A model generated the notes under the pieces. That model searched no databases and was not told where the DNA came from. It was given only the letters and a program-made list of their open reading frames with translations. Shown piece by piece: positions 30,201-38,751 of a stretch of DNA of 64,000 nt. Origin of the DNA: an uncultured delta proteobacterium (lineage in GTDB: Bacteria > Desulfobacterota > Binatia > Binatales > Binataceae); assembly GCA_963765675.1 (NCBI GenBank), contig CAVXXK010000007.1:1-64000 (forward strand). The letters are read 5' to 3'. Each line of letters starts with the position of its first letter. The first letter of the stretch is position 1. Both the position numbers and the translations under genes were made by a program.

Positions 30201-33200
30201 CCCGCCGGCGCGTCCATCCAGCAGCGCTCCCGCTGCCATGGGTAAGACGGAAGTTGAACGGATTCTCCGCGCTCAGGATAGATGCGGCTCCAATCGATCA
30301 GATATCCCGAGGTATAAAGTGCCCCGAGCGACGCGGCTAAAACTTTGCCTTCGTCTTCCTCACGCCTCAGCGATGGGATTACCGCGCCCTCCTTGCCGGC
30401 ACGATGAAATTCCTGCTGAATACTGCTGAGCAGAATGGGATGCGGACTGATCTCCAGAAAGATGTCATGTCCGTCTTCCACTAACTGCTGAACCGTGGCT
30501 GAAAAGAGCACCGGCTCTCTAAGGTTCTTGCTCCAGTACAACTTGTCGAAGCTCAAGCGGTCGGCGATTTGTCCCGTCACAGTCGAGTAGATCGGCACCG
30601 ATGCCGGTTGTGGCTGTAGCCCTTCCAACGCGTGTTCCAAATCAGCGCGAAGCGGCTCCATCTGCGGACTGTGAGCGGCAAAATCAACCTTGATCATTCG
30701 GCCGAAGATGTCCTCACGCTGCAATCGACTCACGATTGTTTCGAGCGCCGCGGGATCTCCCGACAAAACTGTCGAGGTGGGCCCGTTGCTGACGGCGATC
30801 GACACGCGATCTTCGCATCCGGCTATGACGCGCCGAGCGTCAGCAACCGAAAGGTCCACTGCCGCCATTGCTCCGCGGCCGATAGTCGGCTTCACCAGGC
30901 GGCTGCGGCTGCATATCACCCGCGTCGCATCTTCGAGGCTCAGCGCTCCAGCTACGTGAGCTGCAGCGGCCTCGCCCATACTGTGTCCCACCACCGCATT
31001 CGGCTCGATACCCCATGAACGCCACAAATCCGTCAGCGCTATCTGCATCGCAAACAACGCTGGCTGCAGGACGTCGACTTCGTTCAATCGGGAGCGGGCT
31101 GCATCGGTGGAAGACAGTTCTGCAAGCAACGACCAGTCTCCGTAGGAGCGCATCGCACGGTCGCAGCGTTCGATCGCCTCGCGAAAGACCGGTTCCTGCT
31201 GCAACAGCGTTCGCCCCATCCCGAACCACTGGGAACCCTGTCCCGGAAATACGAAGACGAGTTTTCTTTGTCGATTAGAAAGCCCGCGGCCAGAAGACAG
31301 CCCGGGACCCGTCTCTCCGCGAAGAAAAGTCTCAAGCCCCTGCGCGAGTTCCGCGGCTGAGTTGCCGGTCGTGGCGAGCCTGCACTCATGATGACTTCGC
31401 CGTGCCCCCGCCGTGTAGCAAACATCGTACGGCGCCGCCGTCGACGTTGGATCCGTCAGGAAATCGCGATATCTCCGCGCGAGAGACCGCAGAGCAGGCT
31501 CGCCGCGTGCCGACAGAGGCAGTAGGTATGTGGACGTGGCTTCGCGATTTCCGTTCTGGTGTTGCGCGGCATGCATTCCCGAAACGGATTGAGGAGCCCC
31601 TTGCATAACCAGGTGGCCGTTGGTTCCACCAAAACCGAATGAACTCACCCCGGCCAACCGGGCCGCATTCTCCTGTGCGGGCCACGCGCACAGCTTCGTG
31701 TTCACGCGCAGCGAGAGTTGATCGAATGGAATATGAGGATTGGGTTCCTCGAAGTGCAGGCTCGGAGGAATCTCGCGATACCGCAGCGCCAGCGCTACCT
31801 TGATCAATCCGGCAATACCGGCTGCGGCCTCGAGATGTCCCACGTTGGTCTTGACCGAGCCAATGAGACACGGCCGCTCTGCGGGACGGTCGATAGCCAG
31901 CACCGCGCCCAAGGCTTTTGCCTCGATGGGATCACCCAGCAGTGTGCCCGTGCCGTGCGCCTCGACGTATTGAACGTCTCCCGGCGAGACTCCGGCACGC
32001 AGGTAGGCTTCGCGCAGCACTGCCTCTTGCGCACGCGGATTCGGCGCCATCAGTCCGTTGCTGCGGCCGTCCTGATTCACCGCGCTGCCGCGAATAACGG
32101 CGTAGATCGGATCGCCGTCAGCTAACGCTAGCGATAGCGATTTCAGCACGACGACGCCCGCGCCCTCGCTACGAACATAGCCGTTGGCACGCGCGTCGAA
32201 GGTTTTGCAGCGCCCATCGGGCGCCATCGCTCCTGCCTTGCTGAAATTGATCGTAATGGCAGGCGATAGGATCAGATTCACACCCCCGGCCAACGCCAAG
32301 GTGGACTCACCGCTCCTCAGGCTGTTGCAGGCTTGATGGACCGCGACGAGTGACGACGAACATGCGGTATCGATCGCAATACTCGGTCCGCGGAAATCAA
32401 ATACATAGGAGATACGGTTGGCAGCGATACTGAGCGCATTGCCGGTGCCCGCGTATGCGTCGATCCGATCCAGATCGTTAAATTGAATGCGGCCGTAGTC
32501 GTTGTTCGAGATTCCGATGAACACGCCGGCCGAGGTGCCCGCCAGCCGCTCCCGCACCTGTCCGGCGTCTTCCAGCGCTTCCCACGCCACCTCGAGCAGG
32601 ATGCGTTGTTGCGGATCCATACGTGCGGCTTCCCGCGGCGAGATGCCAAAAAAGTGCGCATCGAACTGATCGATATCCTCGATGAAACCGCCCCAGCGCG
32701 TGACAATCTTGCCGGGTGCCGACGGATCAGGATCGAAAAGACCGTCGAGCTTGAAGCGTGCGGCCGGAACTTCCTGGATGGCGTCGACGCCGTCGCGCAG
32801 CAGGTTCCAGAAGGCGCGCGCGTCCTTTGCGCCGGGAAAGCGGCACGCGATTCCGATTATCGCGATCGCTTCGGAATTCGCCTCCTGAATCCGGCTCGCT
32901 TCGGCGGTTGTCTGCAACGGACTTGGCGACTGTGCCAGTCCGCGAGCGAGAGCGTCGATGGTTGGAAACTCATATGCCAACTCGGCCGGAAAATCTCGTC
33001 CCAGCCACTCTGAAAGTTCGCCGGAGAGTCCGACCAGTTCCGTCGATCCAAGTCCGTAGCTCGCGAATGGTTCCGCGACGTCCACCTCATCCGCTTCGAT
33101 TTCAAGCATCTCGGAAAGTCTGGATACCAGCCAGGCCTGGATTGTTGCCGCGCCTGGTTTGGGATTCTCTTTCGCACGGTTCCCATTTCGCTCCGCGTCA

Positions 33201-33235
33201 TGCGGGATAGTGCTGTTATTTTCATTTCCGGCCAT
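27233..33235 (-). CDS. Type I PKS: ACP-KS-AT-DH-KR-ACP
   Basis: ACP YGLGS; KS DTACSSS, HGTGT, NVGH; AT GHSMG, FAAHS; DH HRVEGAAVLP, DACLQ; KR GGLGALG, YAAAN; ACP LGLDSLM; no ER. ATG overlaps the FAAL stop (TAATG). Confidence 0.95.
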   Translation of the reverse strand: MAGNENNSTIPHDAERNGNRAKENPKPGAATIQAWLVSRLSEMLEIEADEVDVAEPFASYGLGSTELVGLSGELSEWLGRDFPAELAYEFPTIDALARGLAQSPSPLQTTAEASRIQEANSEAIAIIGIACRFPGAKDARAFWNLLRDGVDAIQEVPAARFKLDGLFDPDPSAPGKIVTRWGGFIEDIDQFDAHFFGISPREAARMDPQQRILLEVAWEALEDAGQVRERLAGTSAGVFIGISNNDYGRIQFNDLDRIDAYAGTGNALSIAANRISYVFDFRGPSIAIDTACSSSLVAVHQACNSLRSGESTLALAGGVNLILSPAITINFSKAGAMAPDGRCKTFDARANGYVRSEGAGVVVLKSLSLALADGDPIYAVIRGSAVNQDGRSNGLMAPNPRAQEAVLREAYLRAGVSPGDVQYVEAHGTGTLLGDPIEAKALGAVLAIDRPAERPCLIGSVKTNVGHLEAAAGIAGLIKVALALRYREIPPSLHFEEPNPHIPFDQLSLRVNTKLCAWPAQENAARLAGVSSFGFGGTNGHLVMQGAPQSVSGMHAAQHQNGNREATSTYLLPLSARGEPALRSLARRYRDFLTDPTSTAAPYDVCYTAGARRSHHECRLATTGNSAAELAQGLETFLRGETGPGLSSGRGLSNRQRKLVFVFPGQGSQWFGMGRTLLQQEPVFREAIERCDRAMRSYGDWSLLAELSSTDAARSRLNEVDVLQPALFAMQIALTDLWRSWGIEPNAVVGHSMGEAAAAHVAGALSLEDATRVICSRSRLVKPTIGRGAMAAVDLSVADARRVIAGCEDRVSIAVSNGPTSTVLSGDPAALETIVSRLQREDIFGRMIKVDFAAHSPQMEPLRADLEHALEGLQPQPASVPIYSTVTGQIADRLSFDKLYWSKNLREPVLFSATVQQLVEDGHDIFLEISPHPILLSSIQQEFHRAGKEGAVIPSLRREEDEGKVLAASLGALYTSGYLIDWSRIYPERGESVQLPSYPWQRERCWMDAPAGDVSHVSRDPDLVAKHSLLGRHFKSAQTETHFWEGVLDRSAQSFIDDHRVEGAAVLPAALYMEMALAAGAETFPSQSFALKDVEFRKALFIPDGGARTTQVILSPGADAATSVQIYSCARGSEQTNRTWTLHATAKLCPVPEPDTYPVVEQETLAQVQSRCSQQISGQDYYLRLHESGVDYGPSFQSITQLWRCNGEMLGQVKVPDGPHREFDACQLHPALVDACLQTLGAGVAAQATGNDEPGIHMPTHIDEIRIHGAQGLNLWSHAHLRATGTDSVKGDVRLLDETGRVAVEIVGVRFDRIGKDTKHATEENLDDWLYEFQWRSRERSSEEPAAEASGNWLIFADSSGVGERLGALIEAQGGGSIIVNRGESFERTDGEHYRINAERPEDMRHLLEAVSAPDQPVCRAIVHLWSLDAGLPEDTSVRSLKTAQTLGCGSVLQLVQELARVEQNHLPRLWLITRGAQPAGEEPLRLDTAQAPLWGLGRVIAQEHPMFWGGLIDLEPRPSVSEDTAHQLWKEVSASDGEDQIAFRQGRRCVGRLARKHRSSTQPAPISWRADGSYLITGGLGALGLSVARWMVEQGARRLILMGRTKLPPRARWNSAEAGSRLADQITAIRELEALGACVHLAAVDVANEGQLTAYLDEFRAEGWPPIRGVVHAAGVLQDGLLMQLDAAAMDSVLRPKMIGGWLLHRLLKDDALDFFVLFSSAGSLLGQPGQGNYAAANAFLDALAHHRRALGKPALSINWGAWSGLGFAETPGGKRLATHLALAGIRSIAPAQALAAMDRLLGHGAVQVAVVPVDWGRYRQFYPTGTESRLLCELAREEADNSPQPGHPGEKRNAVLAAEPAERLHLVRSYLTEIVARVLGQSPSKLDVQQPLSNLGLDSLMAVELKNRIVVDLGVNVPIVTFLSGPSVEQAASQLLLLLTSETFGAPVLPASTNGHSRGQPGNGIEEHLLENLDQYSDEEVNSLLTDLLTKEDVRKGE

Positions 33236-35040
33236 TACGCACTCTTTGCGCCGTGTTCCAGCGTCCCGTCCCGAAACCTGGCTTGGCAAACACGACGTTG
33301 AATCTTGCCGCTGGGAGTTCTTGGGATGGCTCCAGCCTTGAGGAGCACGACCGCATGTACTCGTACGTCATGCTCTTCTGCCACCGCTCGGCGAATGGCC
33401 CGACTCACTGCGTCGAAGTCCGCTGGAGACCGCCCGTTCTGCCCGTTCCCATTTGAAACGCCGCGCGATTCGCCGTTGTGATTGTGCTGCTCCAGTTGAT
33501 AGCGCCGCTCTATTTCGGCTGCGACTATCAGACGTTCGTCGTTGCTGATATCGAGCGAAAAGGCTACGCAGCCGCCTGACCGCACTGCCGCATGACTTTG
33601 TTCTACCGTCGATTCGATGTCGTGGGGGTAAAGATTGCGGCCGCCGATGATGATCAGATCCTTGAGTCGGCCTGTGACATACAGTTCACCGTCTCGTAGG
33701 AATCCCAGGTCTCCGGTGCGAAGAAACGGCCCCTCACCAGTATCGGCGAGGTGGACATTGAAGGTGCACTCGGTTTCCTCAGACCGGTTCCAGTACCCCT
33801 GGGTCACGCTCGGACTCGATACCCAAATCTCCCCGACCTCATCGGGCGCGCACGCGGTCATCGATTCAGGGTGGGCGACAACAATTTTTGTACCGGACAT
33901 CGCACGCCCACATCCAACCAGCGTCCGTACGTTCTGCCGAGCGTCCGAAGCCTCGGCGATACCGTTGTGCTCGAGCGCCGTCACCTCGGTCGTGCATAGG
34001 ACGGGCTCATCTCCCACAACTCCACCCGACACGATCAGCGTCGCCTCGGCCAGCCCATAACAGGGATAGAAGAATTTTGGGTGGAATCCGCAGGACGCAA
34101 AGGTCTCAGCAAACCGCTTCAGGGTGTCCGCACGCACTGGCTCGGCGCCGTTGTATGCAACCTTCCAATTGCCGAGGTCCAGACCCTCGCGCTGTTCGCA
34201 GGTAATTTTGCGAGCACACATTTCGTACGCGAAATTCGGGCCTCCACTGACAGCGGCCTGGTAGCGCGAAACAGCCTGAAGCCATCGCAGCGGCCGCTGA
34301 AGAAAGGACTGAGGAGGCATGAGCACGCAACGGCGTCCTCCGTATGCAGGTTGGATAATGCCATTCATTAGTCCCATGTCGTGGAAAACCGGCAGCCATG
34401 TCACGGAGACCGTGTCAGAGGTAACCTCGAAGGCTCGACTGATCTGGGCCGAGTTCTCGAGAAGATTCCTGTGACTGACCATTACGCCCCTCGGTACAGC
34501 CGTGGAGCCTGAGGTATATTGGAGCAAAGCGAGAGTATCCGTACTCGCCTGAGAGTTCCGCCAATCTTCCGCCGCACTGATAGGAACCTTGTCGGTGGCC
34601 AACCAGCGAATCGTCTGTAGTTCTGGAGCCAGCTTGAAAAGGCTTTCAACTCTCGACAGGATCGACGATGTTGTCAGCACCAGTGTCGGCTGAGCATCGC
34701 TCGCGATAGTGCGAAGCCTCGGGAGAGTCCGCTGCGGCTGGGCCATATTCGGCGGAGGCAGAGGCACCGCAATAATCTCCGCATACAGGCATCCAAAGAA
34801 GGCGGAGATGAACTCAAGACCCGCTGGATAGAGCAATAGAGCACGCTCGCCCCTTGTCCCGTAGCTTTGGAGTACGGCGCCAATCGCCCGTGCTTGCCGG
34901 TCCAAGTCCGCTAAGGTCAAATTCGCTCCCTCGGTCTCTCCGTCGAGTAGGTAGGTGTAGATCCGCTGGTCTGGCTGCTGGAGCGCCCGTCCGCGGAGAA
35001 GCTCGACGAGACTGGAAACTTTCGTAATTTGAGTCACCAT
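33235..35040 (-). CDS. Fatty acyl-AMP ligase (FAAL)
   Basis: LQYTSGST, WLPVFHDMGL, NGAEP, PCYGLAEATL, FLRTGDLGF, IPRTPSGKIQR. Confidence 0.93.
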   Translation of the reverse strand: MVTQITKVSSLVELLRGRALQQPDQRIYTYLLDGETEGANLTLADLDRQARAIGAVLQSYGTRGERALLLYPAGLEFISAFFGCLYAEIIAVPLPPPNMAQPQRTLPRLRTIASDAQPTLVLTTSSILSRVESLFKLAPELQTIRWLATDKVPISAAEDWRNSQASTDTLALLQYTSGSTAVPRGVMVSHRNLLENSAQISRAFEVTSDTVSVTWLPVFHDMGLMNGIIQPAYGGRRCVLMPPQSFLQRPLRWLQAVSRYQAAVSGGPNFAYEMCARKITCEQREGLDLGNWKVAYNGAEPVRADTLKRFAETFASCGFHPKFFYPCYGLAEATLIVSGGVVGDEPVLCTTEVTALEHNGIAEASDARQNVRTLVGCGRAMSGTKIVVAHPESMTACAPDEVGEIWVSSPSVTQGYWNRSEETECTFNVHLADTGEGPFLRTGDLGFLRDGELYVTGRLKDLIIIGGRNLYPHDIESTVEQSHAAVRSGGCVAFSLDISNDERLIVAAEIERRYQLEQHNHNGESRGVSNGNGQNGRSPADFDAVSRAIRRAVAEEHDVRVHAVVLLKAGAIPRTPSGKIQRRVCQARFRDGTLEHGAKSA

Positions 35041-35388
35041 TGCTGACCGGGCGTGCTTGCCGATACGCGCGTTCATGACGAGGCGGTGCGAAGCCTGAGT
35101 TCACTTTGGATCCTCAGGATCGTTCTACCTCAGAGAACATTATTTACCGCGCGACTGCGTTTTTGAAAACAAAAGTTGATCCAGGACTACAAATTTGTGT
35201 TCTACAGATAACCAAAACTAGCGAAGTAAAAACGAAGGACCCTCGTCCGTGGCCATCGCGGTCCAAAATGATCACATTAAAGGACCGGCCTCAGGGCAAT
35301 CCGCCGAGCTACGTCTTCGCACGTTCGTCCAGCCCGCATCCCGCCGCGATTCCTCTCTTCGTCCACCCGCTTAGTTGGCGTTCTGATT

Positions 35389-35994
35389 TTGATGACGGCG
35401 CGCGTCGCCGCCTTTTTCGATTCGCGAGGTGATATCTTGTTGACCAAAAATTCCGATCGTTTTTTCGTTGTGGCCGGTGGACCGGGCGCGGGCAAGACTA
35501 CGCTCATCGATGCGCTGGCGCGTATCGGTTATGCGCGATCAGTCGAAGCGGCCCGAGCGATCATCCAGGATCAACTCGCGATCGGCGGGCGCGCGCTGCC
35601 ATGGCGCGACCCCGCGATGTTCACCGAGATGATGCTGTCGTGGGAGATGCGCTCGTACCGTCTTGCGTGCGAGGAGGCCGGTCCGGTCTTCTTCGATCGA
35701 AGCATCCCTGAACTCGCGGGATATCTGCGGCTCGAAGGACTGCCGGTGCCGGCGCATATCGAGAAGGCAGTAGAGACGTTTCGCTACAACCGCCGGGTCT
35801 TTCTCGCGCCGCTATGGCCGGAGATCTACACGCAGGACAACGAACGCAAGCAGACTCTCGAAGATGCCGAGCGCAGCTACCGCGCGGCCGTCGAAACATA
35901 TACCGCATATGGCTACGAGCTCGTGCCGATTCCGCGGGCTCCGGTCGAAGAGCGTGTGCGATTCGTTTTGCGTGAGGCCGACCTTTTGCGTTGA
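35389..35994 (+). CDS. AAA_28/NadR-Ttd14-like P-loop ATPase
   Basis: GGPGAGKTTL, VFFDRSIPE, WPEIYTQDNERKQ; the start may be TTG near 35440. Confidence 0.85.
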   Translation: MMTARVAAFFDSRGDILLTKNSDRFFVVAGGPGAGKTTLIDALARIGYARSVEAARAIIQDQLAIGGRALPWRDPAMFTEMMLSWEMRSYRLACEEAGPVFFDRSIPELAGYLRLEGLPVPAHIEKAVETFRYNRRVFLAPLWPEIYTQDNERKQTLEDAERSYRAAVETYTAYGYELVPIPRAPVEERVRFVLREADLLR

Positions 35995-36026
35995 TGCGTG
36001 AGAATGCGTCTGGTAGGTGGAACGGG

Positions 36027-36704
36027 ATGCGCACGCGGGTGAAGATCTGTTGCATCACGTCGGTCGAAGAAGCCGAGCTGGCGATCGAGCATGGCGCCGA
36101 CGCGCTCGGGCTGGTCGGCGCGATGCCCTCGGGACCGGGAGTGATCGACGACGCTACGATCGCCGCGATCGCTGCCGTCGTGCCTCCACCGGTCGCGGCG
36201 TTTCTGCTGACCTCGGAACGCACTGCCGACGCGATCGCCGCGCACGTCGCGCTCACGGGAGTATCAACGGTGCAGATCGTTTCGCCGATCGAGGCCGAAG
36301 AATCGGCGCGGCTGGCAGTGCTGCTGCCGGCGACGCGTCGCGTGCAAGTGATCCACGTCGAAGGCGCGGACGCGCTCGGCCTTATCCCGATCTATTCATC
36401 ACACGTTCATGCGTTCCTGCTCGACTCGGGACGGCCGCGAGCCGCGGTACCTGTCCTCGGCGGAACCGGGCAGACGCACGATTGGAAGGTCAGCGCCGCT
36501 TTCGTGGCGGCGAGTCCGCGTCCGGTATTTCTTGCCGGCGGCTTGACGCCCGCTAACGTTGCCGATGCGATCGCGGCCGTCCGCCCTTACGGAGTCGATG
36601 TCTGCTCGGGTGTGCGCACGGACGACGGCAAGCTAGACTCAGCGAAACTCAGGGCGTTCATTGAAGCGGTCGCAGCCGCGGATACCGCCAGCGCATCGCG
36701 ATGA
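36027..36704 (+). CDS. trpF: Phosphoribosylanthranilate isomerase family protein
   Basis: RVKICCI, LLDSG, LGGTGQTHDW, LAGGLTPANV, GVDVCSGV. Confidence 0.85.
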   Translation: MRTRVKICCITSVEEAELAIEHGADALGLVGAMPSGPGVIDDATIAAIAAVVPPPVAAFLLTSERTADAIAAHVALTGVSTVQIVSPIEAEESARLAVLLPATRRVQVIHVEGADALGLIPIYSSHVHAFLLDSGRPRAAVPVLGGTGQTHDWKVSAAFVAASPRPVFLAGGLTPANVADAIAAVRPYGVDVCSGVRTDDGKLDSAKLRAFIEAVAAADTASASR

Positions 36705-37765
36705 CCAGCGAACTGAAAACCGGGCACAATATCGAGATTTGGATCGCGCTGGCCGCGGTGGGATTGCTGATCCTCGCGTGCATCGTAATCCTGCTGCCAT
36801 TCCTCTCGGCGATCGTGTGGTCGGTGATTCTTTGCGTATCGACCTGGCCGCTCTACAAACGGCTCGAGGCGGCGACACACGGACGCGCGGCGCTGTCGTC
36901 AATCCTGATGGTGTTGCTGCTCGCGATCGTGATCGTCGCGCCGTTCGCGATCGTCGGCGCGAGCCTCGCGAGCAACGTCTCCGAAGTGGTCACTGCGTTG
37001 CGCCGCTATTCCGCCGACGGGCCGCCGATGCCGCCGGGGTGGGTTTCGACGATTCCGATCGTTGGGTCGCGCTTGAATGACTATTGGACGGAGCTGTCGC
37101 TGAGCAGCGCGATGCGAGTGGACGAGATCGCCAAGTTGATGCCCGCGGCGAAGACTCTGGTGGTCACCGTCGGCGGAGCGCTTGCGGCGGGAATTCTCGA
37201 GTTGCTGTTGAGCCTTGTGATTGCGTTTTTCGTCTATCGCGATGGAAGCGCGGCGCTCGGGCACGCCAACGCCGTGCTCGATCGGCTGGGCGGCACGCAG
37301 GCGCGCCGCCTGCTCGAGACCGCGGGCACCACGGTGCAGGCTGTAGTGTACGGAATTCTCGGCACCGCGCTGATTCAGGGCACGCTCGCGGCGATCGGAT
37401 TCTGGATTGGTGGAGTTCCGGGCCCGGTGTTCCTTGGCTTCTGCACGTTTGTACTCGCGATGGTGCCGGTTGGACCGCCGCTCATCTGGATTCCCGCGTC
37501 GTTATGGCTATTTCATCTGGGCAGCACCGGATGGGGCATCTTCATGCTCATCTGGGGCGCGGTGGTCGTGAGTGGTTCCGACAATTTCGTGCGCCCGTTT
37601 CTGATCAGCCGCGGCGGCTCGACGCCACTTATCCTGGTGATGCTCGGAGTGCTCGGTGGCGTGGTCGCGTTCGGGTTTATAGGTATATTTCTTGGCCCGA
37701 CACTGCTGGCCGTTGGCTATAGCATGCTCGCGGATTGGGCGCCTGCCGCGCGCAGTGAGTATTAG
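36701..37765 (+). CDS. AI-2E family transporter (YdiK-like)
   Basis: Multi-TM; DNFVRPFLI, GVLGGVVAFGFIGIFLGP. Confidence 0.9.
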   Translation: MTSELKTGHNIEIWIALAAVGLLILACIVILLPFLSAIVWSVILCVSTWPLYKRLEAATHGRAALSSILMVLLLAIVIVAPFAIVGASLASNVSEVVTALRRYSADGPPMPPGWVSTIPIVGSRLNDYWTELSLSSAMRVDEIAKLMPAAKTLVVTVGGALAAGILELLLSLVIAFFVYRDGSAALGHANAVLDRLGGTQARRLLETAGTTVQAVVYGILGTALIQGTLAAIGFWIGGVPGPVFLGFCTFVLAMVPVGPPLIWIPASLWLFHLGSTGWGIFMLIWGAVVVSGSDNFVRPFLISRGGSTPLILVMLGVLGGVVAFGFIGIFLGPTLLAVGYSMLADWAPAARSEY

Positions 37766-37769
37766 CTAT

Positions 37770-38432
37770 TCATCCGAGCGCTTTGCCCCACGCGTCCACA
37801 AATACTAACTGATTCAGAGAGCGCCGGATGAGCGGTCCGTGGCCGCGTCCTACTGGATAGCCAATCGGAATCGCCGCAGCCGTGTACCATCCATCGGGCA
37901 ACGCGAGCAGCTCGCGCACCTCCGGTTCATCCTCGCAAAGTAGAGTAGTCAGTACGCATCCTAGACCTTCGGCGCGGCAAGCCAGCAGCAGGTTCTCAAC
38001 CGCGGGATAAACCGAGCCGCCGCCGACCACTGAAGGGCGGTCCTGCTTGGAATCGGTGATCGCCATCTGCTTTGGATCGAAGCAGAACATCGCGATCGCC
38101 GGAGTATCGCCGAAGTGCGCCGCCATGTAGTCACCTGCGGCAAGAGTGCGCTCGGAACGCGCACGAACATCGGCCGGCGCCGAAGCGGGCACCGCGGCGC
38201 GGTAGTGACGCGAGTAGTTATTCCAGCGCGCTGAGTACAACTCGCCAAGCCGGGTCTTCTTCGCGCGATCCTTGACCAGGACGATTCGCCACGGCTGGCG
38301 ATTTCCGCCGGTGGGCGCCCAGGCCGCGGCTTCGAGCACGCGGCGCATCACGTCGTCGGGAATCGGATCGGGTTTGAGCCGCCGCACCGCGCGTAGCGTG
38401 CTCATCGCTTGGTAGATACCCATTTCAGCCAT
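37770..38432 (-). CDS. Nitroreductase family protein
   Basis: RAVRR, APTGGNRQPW, ENLLLACRAEGLG, IPIGYP. Confidence 0.9.
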   Translation of the reverse strand: MAEMGIYQAMSTLRAVRRLKPDPIPDDVMRRVLEAAAWAPTGGNRQPWRIVLVKDRAKKTRLGELYSARWNNYSRHYRAAVPASAPADVRARSERTLAAGDYMAAHFGDTPAIAMFCFDPKQMAITDSKQDRPSVVGGGSVYPAVENLLLACRAEGLGCVLTTLLCEDEPEVRELLALPDGWYTAAAIPIGYPVGRGHGPLIRRSLNQLVFVDAWGKALG

Positions 38433-38470
38433 TACCTATTCTCCTTGTTGCGGTTTGCTTCTGGTGCAGT

Positions 38471-38727
38471 TGTCCCTCTCCCAGATAGGGAGAGGGTGCG
38501 TGGCGCGGCGATTGCTTCCTTTAGCAATCGCCGTGACGCGCGGGTGAGGGACCGACAGAATAGAATTCTGGTCGGTCACAGCAACAGCCTCCGCATGCCT
38601 TTCATATCCAGGTGTGTGCGTTGCGCATGATGCAGTGGCGGAAGCGGAGAAAGATTTCGCGCTGTCGGTCCCTCACCCGTCGCGCGCAGCGCGCGCCACC
38701 CTCTCCCAATCTTTTGGGAGAGGGACA
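38471..38727. repeat. REPIN-like inverted pair of CCCTCACCC/CCCTCTCCC-GGGAGAGGG palindromic units
   Basis: 38471-38558 and 38662-38727 are inverted copies; perfect 18-bp CGGGTGAGGGACCGACAG/CTGTCGGTCCCTCACCCG; each unit has internal hairpins. Confidence 0.85.
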
Positions 38728-38751
38728 TCTCTGCCATGACTTGTGTGTGCG

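Larger units (their letters stand above)
10969..35040. other. Hybrid FAAL-PKS-NRPS biosynthetic gene cluster with adjacent oxygenase and exporter
   Basis: Translationally coupled biosynthetic genes; visibly lower GC than the genes after 35.4 kb. Confidence 0.85.

Noticed and set aside
17398-35040. Siderophore cluster call
   Set aside because: An interface-like domain is present, but no TauD hydroxylase, TonB receptor or clear Fur box is visible; unsupported, though not excluded.
35041-35400. Right-hand att site of the island
   Set aside because: A compositional shift is visible, but I found no tRNA fragment or matching repeat.
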